Below are positions 13,969 through 14,654 of a DNA stretch of 14,654 bases, piece by piece. The notes under the pieces were generated by a model, which searched no databases, was not told the origin of the DNA, and saw only the letters and a program-made list of their open reading frames with translations. A program made the translations under genes and the position numbers. Position 1 is the stretch's first letter. The number at the start of each line of letters is the position of its first letter. Source of the stretch: a virus (taxonomy: Duplodnaviria; Heunggongvirae; Uroviricota; Caudoviricetes); the IMG/VR virus record IMGVR_UViG_2541047722_000008, positions 1-14,654 of that record; one strand, given 5' to 3'.

Positions 13969-14654
13969 ATAACCAGTATTTACAGTTTGTGCGTGAGCAG
14001 CTCATTATCGCCACCGCTGATTTGAGTGGGGCAACAAAAGGTCAGCTTGAAGCCTGGCAAGAGAATGCCATGTTCGATACAGGGCGTTACAGGCGAAAAA
14101 AAATCCGGTACCGCGATGAAGTGACTGGAAAAATGATAACGCGGGATAATCCACCAATCCCGGGAAAGCAATCGCTGGCGAAGGGGACGTCAATACCTCT
14201 GGTCAGTCCGGTTGAGTTTTCGACATCATCGTGGCGGCGGGCTGTTCTGTCTCTTGAAGAACATCATAAAGCCTGGTTGTTGTGGTGTTACAGCGGGAGT
14301 ATTTGTTGGGAATATCAGATCGCGATAACACAGTGGGCGTGGAATGAATTTAATACTCAATCCGGTACCAGAAAAATTGCAGGGAAAACGCAGGAACGCC
14401 TGAAAAAATTAATCTGGCTGGCGGCGCAGGCAGTAAAAGCAGAACTTTTTGGTGGGGAAAGTTATGAATACCAGGAGCTGGCATTACTGGCGGGAGTGAC
14501 AACTAAAAACTGGTCCAAAACATTTACTCGTCACTGGGTTGCAATGAAACACATTTTTCACCGACTTGATAGTGAGGCTTTATTGTTTGTAATGAGAACA
14601 CGTTCAAAACAAAAGGCGGCATTTTCAAAGCAAAGTGTTGCAAAAGTAGATTGA
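13965..14654 (+). CDS. Q-like late-gene antitermination protein (assigned mainly by position after rusA)
   Basis: 229 aa, ATG 13965 overlapping the rusA stop (ATGA), GGAG 5 nt upstream; stop at the window end. rusA followed by Q is the conserved lambdoid order; I did not recognise a specific Q-family motif. Confidence 0.6.
   Translation: MNNQYLQFVREQLIIATADLSGATKGQLEAWQENAMFDTGRYRRKKIRYRDEVTGKMITRDNPPIPGKQSLAKGTSIPLVSPVEFSTSSWRRAVLSLEEHHKAWLLWCYSGSICWEYQIAITQWAWNEFNTQSGTRKIAGKTQERLKKLIWLAAQAVKAELFGGESYEYQELALLAGVTTKNWSKTFTRHWVAMKHIFHRLDSEALLFVMRTRSKQKAAFSKQSVAKVD

Larger units (their letters stand above)
1..14654. mobile_element. Lambdoid prophage segment (integration/recombination, immunity, replication, nin-like region, Q); the window lies entirely inside the element
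   Basis: Gene order int-xis-exo ... repressor / cro-like - O-like - P-like - accessory genes - rusA - Q matches lambdoid early-region synteny; the attachment site would lie left of position 1, outside the window. Confidence 0.85.

Noticed and set aside
1-14654. CRISPR arrays, tRNA/rRNA genes, insertion sequences
   Set aside because: No regularly spaced direct repeats, no tRNA-like cloverleaf candidates, and no transposase ORFs or terminal inverted repeats were seen; the prophage attachment site and any tRNA target would lie left of position 1.

Overview
The whole window reads as the early (left arm to Q) region of a mosaic lambdoid prophage of an Escherichia/Shigella-type host. On the minus strand, left to right: integrase, an excisionase-like gene, an 813-aa RecE-like/DEDDh exonuclease fusion, then a Qin-type dicB module (ydfD-like, dicB-like, DicF sRNA, ydfC-like) under a DicA-like repressor that lacks a peptidase domain. 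On the plus strand: DicC/YdaS-like Cro analogue, YdaT-like protein, an O-like initiator and lambda-P-like loader, five uncharacterised nin-region-like genes, a complete hok/mok/sok type I toxin-antitoxin locus, a DUF968/HNH protein, RusA and a Q-like antiterminator. Family assignments rest on motifs I can read in the translations and on recalled similarity to E. coli K-12 Qin/Rac/lambda proteins; no database search was run. I found no single clearly novel multi-gene system. The items most worth follow-up are the 212-bp out-of-frame O/P overlap, the exonuclease fusion architecture, a zinc-ribbon gene antisense to the dicB operon, the CTTAGGTT operator motif, and the small membrane peptides around hok.
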